Positions 43,202-52,942 of a DNA stretch of 64,000 bases are shown here, in pieces. The position numbers were made by a program, and so were the translations under genes. The stretch is from a virus: IMG/VR virus record IMGVR_UViG_3300045988_114702, one strand, 5' to 3'. Position 1 is the first letter of the stretch; each line of letters begins with the position of its first letter. The notes under the pieces are model-generated. The model was not told where the DNA came from. It ran no database searches and saw only the letters and a program-made list of their open reading frames with translations.

Positions 43202-43765
43202 TCACTTAAACAATCCAATGGCTTTTGCCCCAGAACAAAGAATGCTGCTGCGGGAAGAAGATTTTCCGCTATCGGAAGATTTTGCTGTGGAGGTGCTCTT
43301 CTGGCTCGCGCCAGTATTCTTTTTAGACGTTCCCCCTCGAGCATACTTTATGCTGATATTGGCAGTTTCTGTCGAATTGATAGACACCTGCTTCAACTTC
43401 AGTTCAATACGCTCGCTGTTGCTTTCCTCTTTGGGGAACGTCACACTTTCGATGCAGACGTTCTCATAGCTATCGCCTCCGGCCGTAAAGGTCATTGGCA
43501 TTCTTTTTTCCCACAGCTGACGCAGTTCTTCTACTGCGCTTTGCACCCGGCTCGATGATGCCGGGTGCCGGTCCGCCCATGTAATCGGCGCGTTAGAAAT
43601 CACAGCTGTGACATCAAGCGTCACCGCTTCCAGACAGATGTGGTCACTGGCGCTATATCCTTCTTCCGTTGCATAGCCCGGGATCTTGCTGGACAATGTT
43701 TCCGGGCGTTTGATGATAGCGTCAAACTCAAAATCTCCAAGTCGAGCGGGCTGTGTCGCTTCCAT
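43202..43765 (-). CDS. tail protein (DNA-circulation/XkdP-position protein)
   Basis: 187 aa, immediately after the tape measure gene. Confidence 0.55.
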   Translation of the reverse strand: MEATQPARLGDFEFDAIIKRPETLSSKIPGYATEEGYSASDHICLEAVTLDVTAVISNAPITWADRHPASSSRVQSAVEELRQLWEKRMPMTFTAGGDSYENVCIESVTFPKEESNSERIELKLKQVSINSTETANISIKYARGGTSKKNTGASQKSTSTAKSSDSGKSSSRSSILCSGAKAIGLFK

Positions 43766-43771
43766 CAGGCA

Positions 43772-45706
43772 TCACCTCCCGTAATTAAGCGCATGCGCCA
43801 AATCTTTCGTAGATTGCGAGGACTGCGAACTCACGGTAGACTGCAGTTTGGATGCGGCATTGCGATCAGACACTTGGAACGTGTAGCTTTGTCGGTTTTC
43901 CTGTTTTACAGTGATGTTTTTGGTGTTCGTGGTTTGAGCAATCGGCCGCTGTGATGCCGTTGTTGTAGACACCGGCCTTCCTCCCGAAATAAACGCGCTG
44001 GCGGCGTTTCTGCTTGCAGCAGTACTCCCAGAAGAAGTCTGCACCCCTGTCGGCGAATTTCCACTGCTTGTGCGGCCGCTGCCGCCAGAGGGCTTCCCGC
44101 CTCCCATACCGCTAAAGCCAGACGGGTTCTTGTCAGAACCGTCCCCTCCATCAGAATCATCGGAGCCATCGTCGTTTCCGCCGGTAAAGAAATTCTTCAC
44201 GCCGTTCCACAGGTTCTTGGCCCAGGTGATTTTATCGCCGAACCAGTCAAAGAATCCCTTCAGCCAATCCCAGATTGCCTGTGCGCTTTCTTTCAGCGGT
44301 TCCCAGGTTTCGCCAAAAGCAGCCCGTCCCAGGCCATTCAGGATGTCAAGAAAATCCTGCCACAGTTCCTTGCAGCCGGTCAGGAATTGCGTCCAATCAC
44401 CGGTCTGAAAGCCTGTAATCAAGCCAGCCAGAAGATCAAACAGGTGCCCGCCCAGCGTGATGATGTCTGCGGTCAGGTCAACCAGTCCTTGCCACAGGGC
44501 TTGCAAGACAACTAGAATCGTGCCTTTGTGCTCCTCCCAGAACTGACCCAGTGAATCAAGAGCATCTCGGCCAAATTGCTTTGCTCCCTCAAAGAATGCG
44601 CTGATTTTCTCTCGCAATGCATCAACGTCAACACCAGCTTCGCTCAGGAGCCGGCCAAAGACGCTGTCGCCGCCTTGCAGGAAGGTGAAAACATCTTCCA
44701 GCACAAGGAACAGCAAAAGCCATTTTGCGGCCGCAAGGGCAGTTTGCAGATTAAATCCTTGCAGGAGTTTCACCGCGCCTGCCAAAAAAGACAGAATCTT
44801 GCTTCCATTGGTGGCAAGGAATAGAGCCGTTGCGACCATCACGATCAGCTTCAGCAGCTGTTCCACGCCGCCAAGTTTCTCGGCAATATTTTTCAGCCAC
44901 GAAGTCAGCCGTTGTGCTTTTCCTATCAGGAAATCGCTTATGGTTTTTATTGTTTTGCCAATACTGGTTGTGATGCCAAGCATGTCATCTGCGCCTGCAA
45001 GCCAAAGCCCCCACTGATTTCTGACATAAGTAAGAGCGTCCCCGATGCCGAAACCGAGTTCATTAAAGTTCTTTTGAATGTCGCTTTCCGCCGCAAAGAA
45101 CGCTTCTTTCAGTTGCTTTGCGGAAAGTTTTCCGCTCTCTGCCAGATTTTGGAGTTGCTTTTCGGACACTCCCATTGCAGACGAAATGGCTTTCACCACC
45201 TCTGGGGCAGCTGTTTTTAAGTTGGAAAAGCTAGATTTGTCCAGCTTGCCCGAAGACATAGCCTTTTGCAGTACACTCATGGTGTTGTCAAGATTTGCTT
45301 CTCTGCCGGAGCCTTTTTCCAGCTTTTCGACAAGCGAAACAAACTTCACAGCATCATCAACTGGGAACAGCTTACTGTTCAGCTGCACCAGCTTTGTCAC
45401 ATCTCCGGCCATGACCCCGTATTCTTCACGGCAATCCTGAGCCCCTTTCAGAATCTTCTGCTGGATATCCGCTTGGTCTCCCATCTCGCGGGTTGCCCCG
45501 CGGATGGTATCGTTGATACTGCCAAATTCCTCTGCAAGACTAGCAAGCTTAGTAAAGGAAAAGCCGATGCCGATTGCGCCAAGTGCTTTAGCTGCAAAGC
45601 CTTTTACTTCGTTGATAGCGCTTTTTGCGTCATCAACAGAGCTTTTATCGACCTTGAACAGAATTTGATTGACGAACTTTCCGATTACAGTTTCCTTCGC
45701 CGCCAC
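43772..45706 (-). CDS. tail tape measure protein
   Basis: 644 aa, helical with hydrophobic segments and a Gly/Ser-rich C-terminal part. GTG start directly after the upstream TAA. Confidence 0.8.
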   Translation of the reverse strand: MAAKETVIGKFVNQILFKVDKSSVDDAKSAINEVKGFAAKALGAIGIGFSFTKLASLAEEFGSINDTIRGATREMGDQADIQQKILKGAQDCREEYGVMAGDVTKLVQLNSKLFPVDDAVKFVSLVEKLEKGSGREANLDNTMSVLQKAMSSGKLDKSSFSNLKTAAPEVVKAISSAMGVSEKQLQNLAESGKLSAKQLKEAFFAAESDIQKNFNELGFGIGDALTYVRNQWGLWLAGADDMLGITTSIGKTIKTISDFLIGKAQRLTSWLKNIAEKLGGVEQLLKLIVMVATALFLATNGSKILSFLAGAVKLLQGFNLQTALAAAKWLLLFLVLEDVFTFLQGGDSVFGRLLSEAGVDVDALREKISAFFEGAKQFGRDALDSLGQFWEEHKGTILVVLQALWQGLVDLTADIITLGGHLFDLLAGLITGFQTGDWTQFLTGCKELWQDFLDILNGLGRAAFGETWEPLKESAQAIWDWLKGFFDWFGDKITWAKNLWNGVKNFFTGGNDDGSDDSDGGDGSDKNPSGFSGMGGGKPSGGSGRTSSGNSPTGVQTSSGSTAASRNAASAFISGGRPVSTTTASQRPIAQTTNTKNITVKQENRQSYTFQVSDRNAASKLQSTVSSQSSQSTKDLAHALNYGR

Positions 45707-45973
45707 TTATGTATCCCCCCTTCTGTCCTCTTGGCTTTTGGCGTACTCAATGTCCCGCTGCATCATAATCAGGTCGTAGAGTTTTAGCATTTCATCCAGA
45801 TTATAAACATAGGTCAGTTCGTACATCGAAGCCACCCGCTCACGAATCAGGGTATACATAATCCATTCAAGGTTCGTTACTCTGTCGTTGTCGAACTCTC
45901 CGTATTGTTCGAGCTGCCCGCATGGCGCACTTTGAAAAGGCGTCCAAAGAGGGTGCTCGCATCGCTGAAAAAA
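45707..45973 (-). CDS. -1 frame extension of the tail assembly chaperone (GT-type product)
   Basis: The -1 frame is open from the slippery site to the TAA at 45707. The fusion would add about 87 aa. Confidence 0.55.
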   Translation of the reverse strand, partial: FFQRCEHPLWTPFQSAPCGQLEQYGEFDNDRVTNLEWIMYTLIRERVASMYELTYVYNLDEMLKLYDLIMMQRDIEYAKSQEDRRGDT

Positions 45974-46392
45974 CCGCTGAAGTTCAGACGGATAACTTCA
46001 GCGCAAAGGATAAGCATACCAGCAAGGTACTGACAGAAGATTTCGTCATAAGCATCTTCATTCATAACTTCATAAACCCCATTTTCGGGATTCAGAACGC
46101 GCACATTGCTGTGGCTCAGCAGAAGTTCATTTACCAGCTTACTCAATGTTCTTCCATCAATGCGGCCAAGCGCCTTGACCAGCGAATCCTTGTCCATGTC
46201 CATCCCGTCAAACATTTCCATGTGAATGGCATCCTTATCGTTGCTTGCAACCGAAACGGTGCCCAGGATAGGCAGGATGATGGATGCGACATCGCCAAAG
46301 ATGTAGGTAGCATCCCTTGCGCCAAACGGGCGAATCTTAAACTGGTATTCACCAACCGTAATGTCGCGCATTTCCATGCGTTTCATTTTCAT
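45877..46392 (-). CDS. tail assembly chaperone (G-type product)
   Basis: Lies between the tube and tape measure genes. The ATG at 46392 follows GGAAGGAA. Confidence 0.65.
   Translation of the reverse strand: MKMKRMEMRDITVGEYQFKIRPFGARDATYIFGDVASIILPILGTVSVASNDKDAIHMEMFDGMDMDKDSLVKALGRIDGRTLSKLVNELLLSHSNVRVLNPENGVYEVMNEDAYDEIFCQYLAGMLILCAEVIRLNFSGFFSDASTLFGRLFKVRHAGSSNNTESSTTTE
45967..45973 (-). promoter_or_regulatory. programmed -1 frameshift slippery heptamer T TTT TTC
   Basis: GGT TTT TTC in the chaperone frame satisfies X XXY YYZ. Confidence 0.55.
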
Positions 46393-46408
46393 ATCAGGTT
46401 CCTTCCTT

Positions 46409-46834
46409 TCAGTTCTTCGGTTCCATCTTACCAACAGCCCGCAGCGTCCACTCCTGGCTCTGGCCGGTCTTGCCATAAGCACACGGGGCAGGCTTGGAAA
46501 CCCATGCCTTGGACGCTGTGAAGTCCGGGTTAGAGCCCAGATCCTTGACCTGCATATTGAAAAGGCCGTTGCCCGGGGTCTGCTTGTTATTGTTGTACTG
46601 CTTCAGCAGCCAGTTGTTTGTTTTGGAACCGTACTGCAGGACCAGCTTGATTTCGTAGCGAGGATCATCCGGAATCGAAATGACCACTTCGCCATCTGCG
46701 CCGGCTTCATCTGTCACACCATCGCCCTGCGGAGTGATGGTGATAAAACCATCTTCCGTAAAGCCCGATGCGATATGAATGCCCATAGTGCATAAAACGT
46801 TTTTCGGGGAATAGACAGTTACATCTCCACGCAT
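46409..46834 (-). CDS. tail tube protein (DUF3277-like)
   Basis: 141 aa, directly after the sheath gene. Confidence 0.7.
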   Translation of the reverse strand: MRGDVTVYSPKNVLCTMGIHIASGFTEDGFITITPQGDGVTDEAGADGEVVISIPDDPRYEIKLVLQYGSKTNNWLLKQYNNNKQTPGNGLFNMQVKDLGSNPDFTASKAWVSKPAPCAYGKTGQSQEWTLRAVGKMEPKN

Positions 46835-46851
46835 TTAGCGGTGCTCCTTTC

Positions 46852-47895
46852 TCAGTAATTCAGTGTGCCGCCAATTTTTGCGGCGATCAGTGCGCCCGCC
46901 AGCTGCGCAGTCCACGTCACACCGGTAAGGCGGCGGCTCTTGCGGGTTGCGGCATCCAGGTCGGCCGCACGCGGCACCGTGACAGTATAGGCGCGGGATG
47001 CTTCTCCATCATCAGAGGAAGCATCCTGCACAATGCCACCAGCACGCACGCCCTCTTCCAGGGCATCAATAACAGCATTCTGTACCAGCGCGATGCCCTG
47101 GTCGGTGTAGGGCACCTTGGGCAGTCCTAGGAGCAGGTTCAGCACCTTGGACTGAATCTCGGTCTTCAGCCAGTCACGGAAGCGGATGGTGTCAATCCAT
47201 TCGCCGCCGCTCACCTTGCCGCCCTGCACCATGGCCTTGCTGCCAACGGTCGTATAGTACGAAATATTGCGTGCTTCCAGGCTTGCAATATCCGTAGTGG
47301 ACAGACCCTGCGCAGACACCATGGAAAGCGACTTGAAGCACCACTGCTCACTGCCCGGGTCATAGGAAAGGAACCGGGCAGCGTAGGCGCAGTTCACACA
47401 GTCATTCTCTGCGGTCGCATGAATCACTGCGGTGCGCAGCATAGCATCCGATACCGGAGAGGACGAAATACCAGTAGTTTCGCAGACGCAGAGTTTTTCA
47501 TTTGCTTCTGTCCAGTCCGCGATGCTCTGGTAAAAGTCCTCCTTGATGCCCGCCGGGCAGATGCAGTACCAGCCCGGCATACCAATGGCCCGGTCAAGGG
47601 TCACATCCACCTTTTCGGTGGAACCGCTGGACAACTTCTGCACCGCAATCATGACTGCAGGCGGCTTCGGCGACTGGCCAAACACCTTGCTGGCCGCGAT
47701 GTACACAGGATCATCAGACGTAAAGCCGGCCCCTTTGAGGTCCTGCAGACTGGCATAGCCCGCCACATCAGGCGTAACACGACCGCCGGGCGTTTTCGGC
47801 AGCGGGCCCATGATAAGAATGGTATCGTAGCCGCCATCGATGGACATCGCCTCAGAAATCTGGATATTGACCTCAACGATTTTGTCGATATTCAC
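46852..47895 (-). CDS. tail sheath protein (DUF3383-like)
   Basis: 347 aa, with N-terminus MNIDKIVEVNIQISEAMSIDGGYDTILIMGP. Confidence 0.7.
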   Translation of the reverse strand: MNIDKIVEVNIQISEAMSIDGGYDTILIMGPLPKTPGGRVTPDVAGYASLQDLKGAGFTSDDPVYIAASKVFGQSPKPPAVMIAVQKLSSGSTEKVDVTLDRAIGMPGWYCICPAGIKEDFYQSIADWTEANEKLCVCETTGISSSPVSDAMLRTAVIHATAENDCVNCAYAARFLSYDPGSEQWCFKSLSMVSAQGLSTTDIASLEARNISYYTTVGSKAMVQGGKVSGGEWIDTIRFRDWLKTEIQSKVLNLLLGLPKVPYTDQGIALVQNAVIDALEEGVRAGGIVQDASSDDGEASRAYTVTVPRAADLDAATRKSRRLTGVTWTAQLAGALIAAKIGGTLNY

Positions 47896-47910
47896 GTTGC
47901 TTTCACTCCT

Positions 47911-48501
47911 TTACTCATCTTCAAATTTCTTCTCGACTTCAACCTCATCAAACCATCCGGCTTTCATGTCCGCGACCGTTTTGGATGCCGCGCTGGCATG
48001 GTCTTCCGAATATTCTCCGTCAGCCGGAGCCAAAGCAGCGTACTCCTTCGTACTCTGCACAAAGTCCACATAAAAGGAACAGCGCGCCCTCTCTACGCCG
48101 GGCGCGCTGTTGTGGATTGCTTCAGGTGATCCGTCTGCGCATACCGTGATGTTCATGGCGCGCATTTTGTCACCCGCGTATTGGCTGTCAAAGAACTGAA
48201 CAGCCTGCTCAAGGTCATCTACGGCCGTTGACAAACCAACCTTTTTCACCCCGGCGGCGTGCTCTGTCTTGCTCTCGGTGACCAGTTCAGCAGAAAACGG
48301 AATGTGCTTGCTTTTTTCCTGCCAAAGAATACCGTCCTCGATACGCTCAAACGAACCAACCTGGTCGATGCGTTCAAAATCCAGAACGACATACGGGAGT
48401 GGTGGGCGCACGGAATTGGGATAGCTGTAAATCACCGTGCAATGGGGGTACAGTTCCACAAACATGAGCCGAACCTTCTCACGACACTCAGCTGGTGTCA
48501 T
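47911..48501 (-). CDS. tail completion / neck protein
   Basis: ATG at 48501 follows AAAGGGGAGAA. Confidence 0.55.
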   Translation of the reverse strand: MTPAECREKVRLMFVELYPHCTVIYSYPNSVRPPLPYVVLDFERIDQVGSFERIEDGILWQEKSKHIPFSAELVTESKTEHAAGVKKVGLSTAVDDLEQAVQFFDSQYAGDKMRAMNITVCADGSPEAIHNSAPGVERARCSFYVDFVQSTKEYAALAPADGEYSEDHASAASKTVADMKAGWFDEVEVEKKFEDE

Positions 48502-48850
48502 TGGCGTTCTCCCCTTTCTCGCCCTCAACGGCTTCAAACTCCGATATCCAGTGCTTCAGGATTGTATTTCCCCAGTAGATGGACGATTTACAGGCGTACC
48601 ACTGCCCCATGTAAAGCAGGCGGTCACCGGTCATTTGCTTATCCGGTTCCGTAGGAAAAAGCTGGACATCGCTATACACGGTCAGAATGCCGGTCGTAGA
48701 ACGGCCGGAAGCATCATCCTGATTGCGGCGCGTTTTGGCCTGTACATCAAGCGGAAGCTGCATATCCGAGTAAGTTGTTTCGGCCGTGCCACTGTCCCAC
48801 CTGGTGCCCTTATAGCGGCGCACGGTGTACATCTGCTTAAAGATGTTCAT
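48488..48850 (-). CDS. head-tail joining protein
   Basis: 120-aa ORF in the connector block. Confidence 0.55.
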   Translation of the reverse strand: MNIFKQMYTVRRYKGTRWDSGTAETTYSDMQLPLDVQAKTRRNQDDASGRSTTGILTVYSDVQLFPTEPDKQMTGDRLLYMGQWYACKSSIYWGNTILKHWISEFEAVEGEKGENANDTS

Positions 48851-49377
48851 TTCTTTCCTTTCGTGATAACGTACTGGCAGTTCTGACGCAAAGCACCCGT
48901 ATCAATCAGGGGTTTCGTGGAACTTTTGCCCTCAATATGTACAGGCACCGGGCCTTTCTTTCCGTATTCATTCATCATCCAGCCGCCCTCGATGGTAATG
49001 GGTGCATTGGGGGCCCATTCCTCATCCTTGATTGCATCCTGAATCATGGACTTTGCCTGCGAACCTATCGCATTGGCAACTTCATCAGCTGTTTCCAGAG
49101 AGGACAATGCCTGCTGCGAAAACTCTGACAGTTCTTCCGAGTGCTTCTTAATGGTGTCCATAAAAGGGCGGGCTGGAATCATCACAGAACCATCTTTGTG
49201 GAGGGTTCCGTAGTGGTTCCAGTAGGCAACCTCGGCCAGCGATGTTTCATCGTCAGCCGCCTTTTGATCCGCCTGATACCCAACCTCTATGGTCACATCG
49301 GCCAGTTCATTCAGGCGTTCCATCGCCGCTCTGCCCTCCGGGGTCAGGTCAAGACCAATGTCTCCAACTACCGCCAT
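48847..49377 (-). CDS. head-tail adaptor / head closure protein
   Basis: 176-aa ORF in the connector block. Confidence 0.55.
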   Translation of the reverse strand: MAVVGDIGLDLTPEGRAAMERLNELADVTIEVGYQADQKAADDETSLAEVAYWNHYGTLHKDGSVMIPARPFMDTIKKHSEELSEFSQQALSSLETADEVANAIGSQAKSMIQDAIKDEEWAPNAPITIEGGWMMNEYGKKGPVPVHIEGKSSTKPLIDTGALRQNCQYVITKGKK

Positions 49378-49390
49378 AGGGTGGGCCTCC

Positions 49391-49774
49391 TTATCGAATC
49401 ATGATGGGCACGATATGTCGGTTTCGAACCGAAATAAACTGCAAGCCGTAGGAAGTAAGCTGATATTCAGCATCTCCGGTAGTCCCGGCAGTGCTAGTAG
49501 CAAAGGAAATGCTCACTCCACCTTCGGATACGCTGGCAAGCCGCCCGGTGTTCGCAATGGTTCCAAGAGAACTGTCACCATTGCCTGCCATTTTCATAGC
49601 ATGACACACCAAAAGCGCCACAGCCAGATTATAGTCCGCTCCAAATTTTTTCTGCGAAATAACCGGTGCTTGCAGACCAATCCAGAACGAAATGTCTTCG
49701 TCCGACATGGTCTTAAACTCGGTGCCCACCATCTTTACGATTTTGGTAATGGCAGCGATATCAGGCGCATCCAT
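49391..49774 (-). CDS. DUF4054 head-tail connector protein
   Basis: FGADYNLAVALLVCHAMKMAG. Confidence 0.65.
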   Translation of the reverse strand: MDAPDIAAITKIVKMVGTEFKTMSDEDISFWIGLQAPVISQKKFGADYNLAVALLVCHAMKMAGNGDSSLGTIANTGRLASVSEGGVSISFATSTAGTTGDAEYQLTSYGLQFISVRNRHIVPIMIR

Positions 49775-49986
49775 CAGGACTCAGCCTCTGCCGAAGCATC
49801 GGAAGCGGGCTCCGGCTCAGCCTTGGCCTTGCGTGCCTTCTTCTCCTGTACCTCCTGCACATAGCCCATATCAATGTAGAAAGGCACCGCATCCTCACAG
49901 GCTGCGTCAATGTCCGCGGTATCGCCCGGCAGCAAGGACACGCCGCCGATGCAGATAGGCTTTACAGAAATGTTTTTGATCTTCAT
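49774..49986 (-). CDS. hypothetical small head protein
   Basis: 70-aa ORF after the capsid gene. Confidence 0.5.
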   Translation of the reverse strand: MKIKNISVKPICIGGVSLLPGDTADIDAACEDAVPFYIDMGYVQEVQEKKARKAKAEPEPASDASAEAES

Positions 49987-50001
49987 GATGTTGCTCCTTT
50001 C

Positions 50002-51066
50002 TTACAGGCCATAGACCAGGCAGGCAGACAGAGGATAAGGAATAGCCATGCCTGCATCGCGCCCTTCGCAGTTGATGACAATTTCCAGATTACGATCCTG
50101 CGGCGCGTGCTGCAGGAATGCCATAGGCACATCATGGTACATCTTTTCAGCGTCCTTGGTGTACAGCAGGCCGATGTTCTTACCCGTGGTGTTGTAGTCC
50201 GTATTGCCCTTGGACAGTTCGCCAGCAACCTCCCAGTTGGTAATCTGGGGAGTATGGTCCTTGATGTAGGACAGCACAGATTCACCGGTGCCATCAATGC
50301 GGCGCAGGTTCAGGCTGGTGTAGAGGTCATTGGGCATGACCCAGGAATCCGGGTGCTCCACACTCTGGGTCAGGGTGTCAATGTAGTTCAGAATGCCGGC
50401 AATGTCTGCGGCGATTTCATCGGCCGTTTTGCTTGCCCAGTCAGACTTGCCGCTGGCACCGTTCTGGAGGGTGTAGATGGGGATATTATTGTCGGAGGAC
50501 AGCACGCCGATGATGCCGGTCTTTGCATCGCCGTTCCAGATCAGGTGATTCACCTTCACATCATACACGCGGCGGGCGGCTTCTGCACGGGCGGAGTCCA
50601 GAGACTTCATGATGCCCAGAACGGCATTGCGGCGGCAGGCGCGCAGTTCCTGCACATTGTAACCGTAGCTGTCACCGATGTTGACGATTTCAGCACGATG
50701 GGGAGTGCCCTTCACATCAACGCGGGGCAGGTCTGAAGCATAGTTGGCGATGATGTCAGCAAAGCCCACAGGCTCATAGGAGTAGTACTCGATGTAGGCC
50801 GCGCCCTCATCGGTATCGCTGGTCTGCGGGAAGATTTTCAGGCCAGACAGTTCCGGAAACTCCTTGTCATACGCCTTGGTCTTAACGTGAGCCAGCTGCT
50901 TGGCAAAGAAGATGCCTGCATTGTCAGCGGCATCCAGACGAAGCGCTGCGCCAGGGAAAGGATTCTTATACGCCTGATTGATAAGCGAAGAGCATTTGCC
51001 GGACAGGGCAACGCGGTCTTCCTCGCTGTAGCCATTGGCGGGGTCAAAGGGATTAAACTTAGCCAT
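50002..51066 (-). CDS. major capsid protein (DUF2184-like)
   Basis: 354 aa, positioned after the scaffold and cement genes. Confidence 0.8.
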   Translation of the reverse strand: MAKFNPFDPANGYSEEDRVALSGKCSSLINQAYKNPFPGAALRLDAADNAGIFFAKQLAHVKTKAYDKEFPELSGLKIFPQTSDTDEGAAYIEYYSYEPVGFADIIANYASDLPRVDVKGTPHRAEIVNIGDSYGYNVQELRACRRNAVLGIMKSLDSARAEAARRVYDVKVNHLIWNGDAKTGIIGVLSSDNNIPIYTLQNGASGKSDWASKTADEIAADIAGILNYIDTLTQSVEHPDSWVMPNDLYTSLNLRRIDGTGESVLSYIKDHTPQITNWEVAGELSKGNTDYNTTGKNIGLLYTKDAEKMYHDVPMAFLQHAPQDRNLEIVINCEGRDAGMAIPYPLSACLVYGL

Positions 51067-51079
51067 AGGTTATACCTCC

Positions 51080-51568
51080 TTAGAGCTGCTCTACGAACTG
51101 GGCGGGTGCGATGCCGTTCTGTGCCGCACCGATGAAGCGGGCCTTAACGGCCAGGTTGGTGCCCTTGATCGGAGTGAACTTGCCGGCATCATCACCGGTA
51201 ATCACCAGATACACCGGCTGGCCATAGGCGGGTTCCACAGAATCAACCAGCTGCACCCACAGCTTGCCGGACTGGCAAACGTCCAGGATCTGGCCCTTGC
51301 GCAGGAGCACGGCACCATCATCGTCCATTTCGGTATTGGCGCTGTACATCACAACGCCTTCAAACTTATCGGCAGTTGCGCCGGTAGCCGGCAGGGCAAT
51401 ATCCTTGCCCGGCTCGGTGCCCTGCACAACGCCGCAGCCGAAGAACAGCTTGCCATCCTCTGCACCATTCCGGCGGGTGACTGCATCGTAATTCGCACGG
51501 TCATAAAGCAGGCCGGGCATACCGCGGCTAGGCTCGCCGTAGTTCATCTGTACTGCCATATTGCTCAT
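51080..51568 (-). CDS. capsid cement/decoration protein candidate
   Basis: 162-aa beta-rich ORF between the scaffold and capsid genes. Confidence 0.5.
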   Translation of the reverse strand: MSNMAVQMNYGEPSRGMPGLLYDRANYDAVTRRNGAEDGKLFFGCGVVQGTEPGKDIALPATGATADKFEGVVMYSANTEMDDDGAVLLRKGQILDVCQSGKLWVQLVDSVEPAYGQPVYLVITGDDAGKFTPIKGTNLAVKARFIGAAQNGIAPAQFVEQL

Positions 51569-51571
51569 AGC

Positions 51572-52942
51572 TTAGTCCTCCTTCTCGCCAGCATGACGCT
51601 GGATCATACGATCGCGGGCCTCGTCAGGGTTGTTCTTCTTGCCCACATTGCGGACTGCCGCATTTGCGGAATCAGCATTGAACACCTGACGACGCTGGTC
51701 TGCCACAGTCTTGCGACCATTGATTTTACCCTTTGCGATATCAAAAGCCGCGTTGATGTAGGCTTTGCTCTTGCCATCCAGACGCATACCCGGAATAACG
51801 GCATGAACGACCTTTTTCTTTGCCTGCATTACCGGCATGGACTCCATGCCATCCAGATGCAGCTTATCGCCCAGCCGACACAGTTCCACACGCTGGCTGA
51901 CCTGCGCGGCAATGGATGCGGCGCTGTCATGGTTCAGCTGGTTGCTGGAATCGTCCGAGGTATCATCCTCATCTTCGGTAGGCTTGGTGTCGTCCTCTGC
52001 AGCATCAGCGCGGGCATTTGCGGCATCCAGCATAGACAGCAGGGTGTTGATGTCCGCTTTAGCCTGACCGTCCTCCATGGCATCACGGCGGGCAGTAATC
52101 TCTGCCAGCGCATCGGGCTTTGTAGGATCATCCTCGCCATCATCCTCGGTGGGCTTTGCAGGCTCACCGCCTGCTGCCGGGTCATTTTCATCGTCAGCAG
52201 TAGCGCCGCCGGCTGTTGCCGCCATGTACGCCTTGATTGCTGCCTGAATGCCAACGGGGTCAAGGCCGGGAGCCGCAGGGGGACCGCCCGCATCCTCGCC
52301 ATCATCAGTGGTAGGCTTCGTAGTGTCCACGGTGGTATCATCGTCCTGAGTGGGGTTGTTCATCTTTTCGTTCTCATCCATAGGGGTCATACCTCCATTG
52401 TTATCTTGGCTGTCCATATTCAGGCGGGCATCATCACCGGCACGGGCGACAGCAACCAGTGCCAGATGATTGACACGGATATGGGTCTGGATTGCATCAT
52501 ACGGCTCTCCGTTCCATTCTCCGGGTTCCATGATAAGGTCCTGATAATACCCAACAGACAGTTCCCGCAGACCGGATGCCTTTACCGCATCCGGGTCGTC
52601 AATGACGATTTTTGCACGAACGGTTTCTCCGTCCTGCTGTCCAGGGGTCAGGATTGTTCCCACTCTCTCCCGGCGGGCATTGTCCTTGTCGATTACCTGC
52701 GCATCGTGGGTTATGATGATGGGTTTTCCCTCATAGCTTGCAAGGCTTTCCGGGGCAAACACATCTTCCGGCCTGCGCAATTCTCGACGCTCCGAGCCAT
52801 CTTCCAGCGTGTACTTGAAGATGCCCGTGCGGGTCAGGATGGGGTTATCATAAAAATATCCCTCGGTGCTGTAATGCTCATCGACAGGCACACTGTCTGT
52901 CCGCATTTCGCTCCGAAGGACTAGCGGCGGATTCTGTTTCAT
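51572..52942 (-). CDS. DUF2213-like prohead scaffold/protease with acidic low-complexity centre
   Basis: The N-terminal PILTRTGIFKY...GKPIIITHD...LSVGY resembles DUF2213. Confidence 0.65.
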   Translation of the reverse strand: MKQNPPLVLRSEMRTDSVPVDEHYSTEGYFYDNPILTRTGIFKYTLEDGSERRELRRPEDVFAPESLASYEGKPIIITHDAQVIDKDNARRERVGTILTPGQQDGETVRAKIVIDDPDAVKASGLRELSVGYYQDLIMEPGEWNGEPYDAIQTHIRVNHLALVAVARAGDDARLNMDSQDNNGGMTPMDENEKMNNPTQDDDTTVDTTKPTTDDGEDAGGPPAAPGLDPVGIQAAIKAYMAATAGGATADDENDPAAGGEPAKPTEDDGEDDPTKPDALAEITARRDAMEDGQAKADINTLLSMLDAANARADAAEDDTKPTEDEDDTSDDSSNQLNHDSAASIAAQVSQRVELCRLGDKLHLDGMESMPVMQAKKKVVHAVIPGMRLDGKSKAYINAAFDIAKGKINGRKTVADQRRQVFNADSANAAVRNVGKKNNPDEARDRMIQRHAGEKED

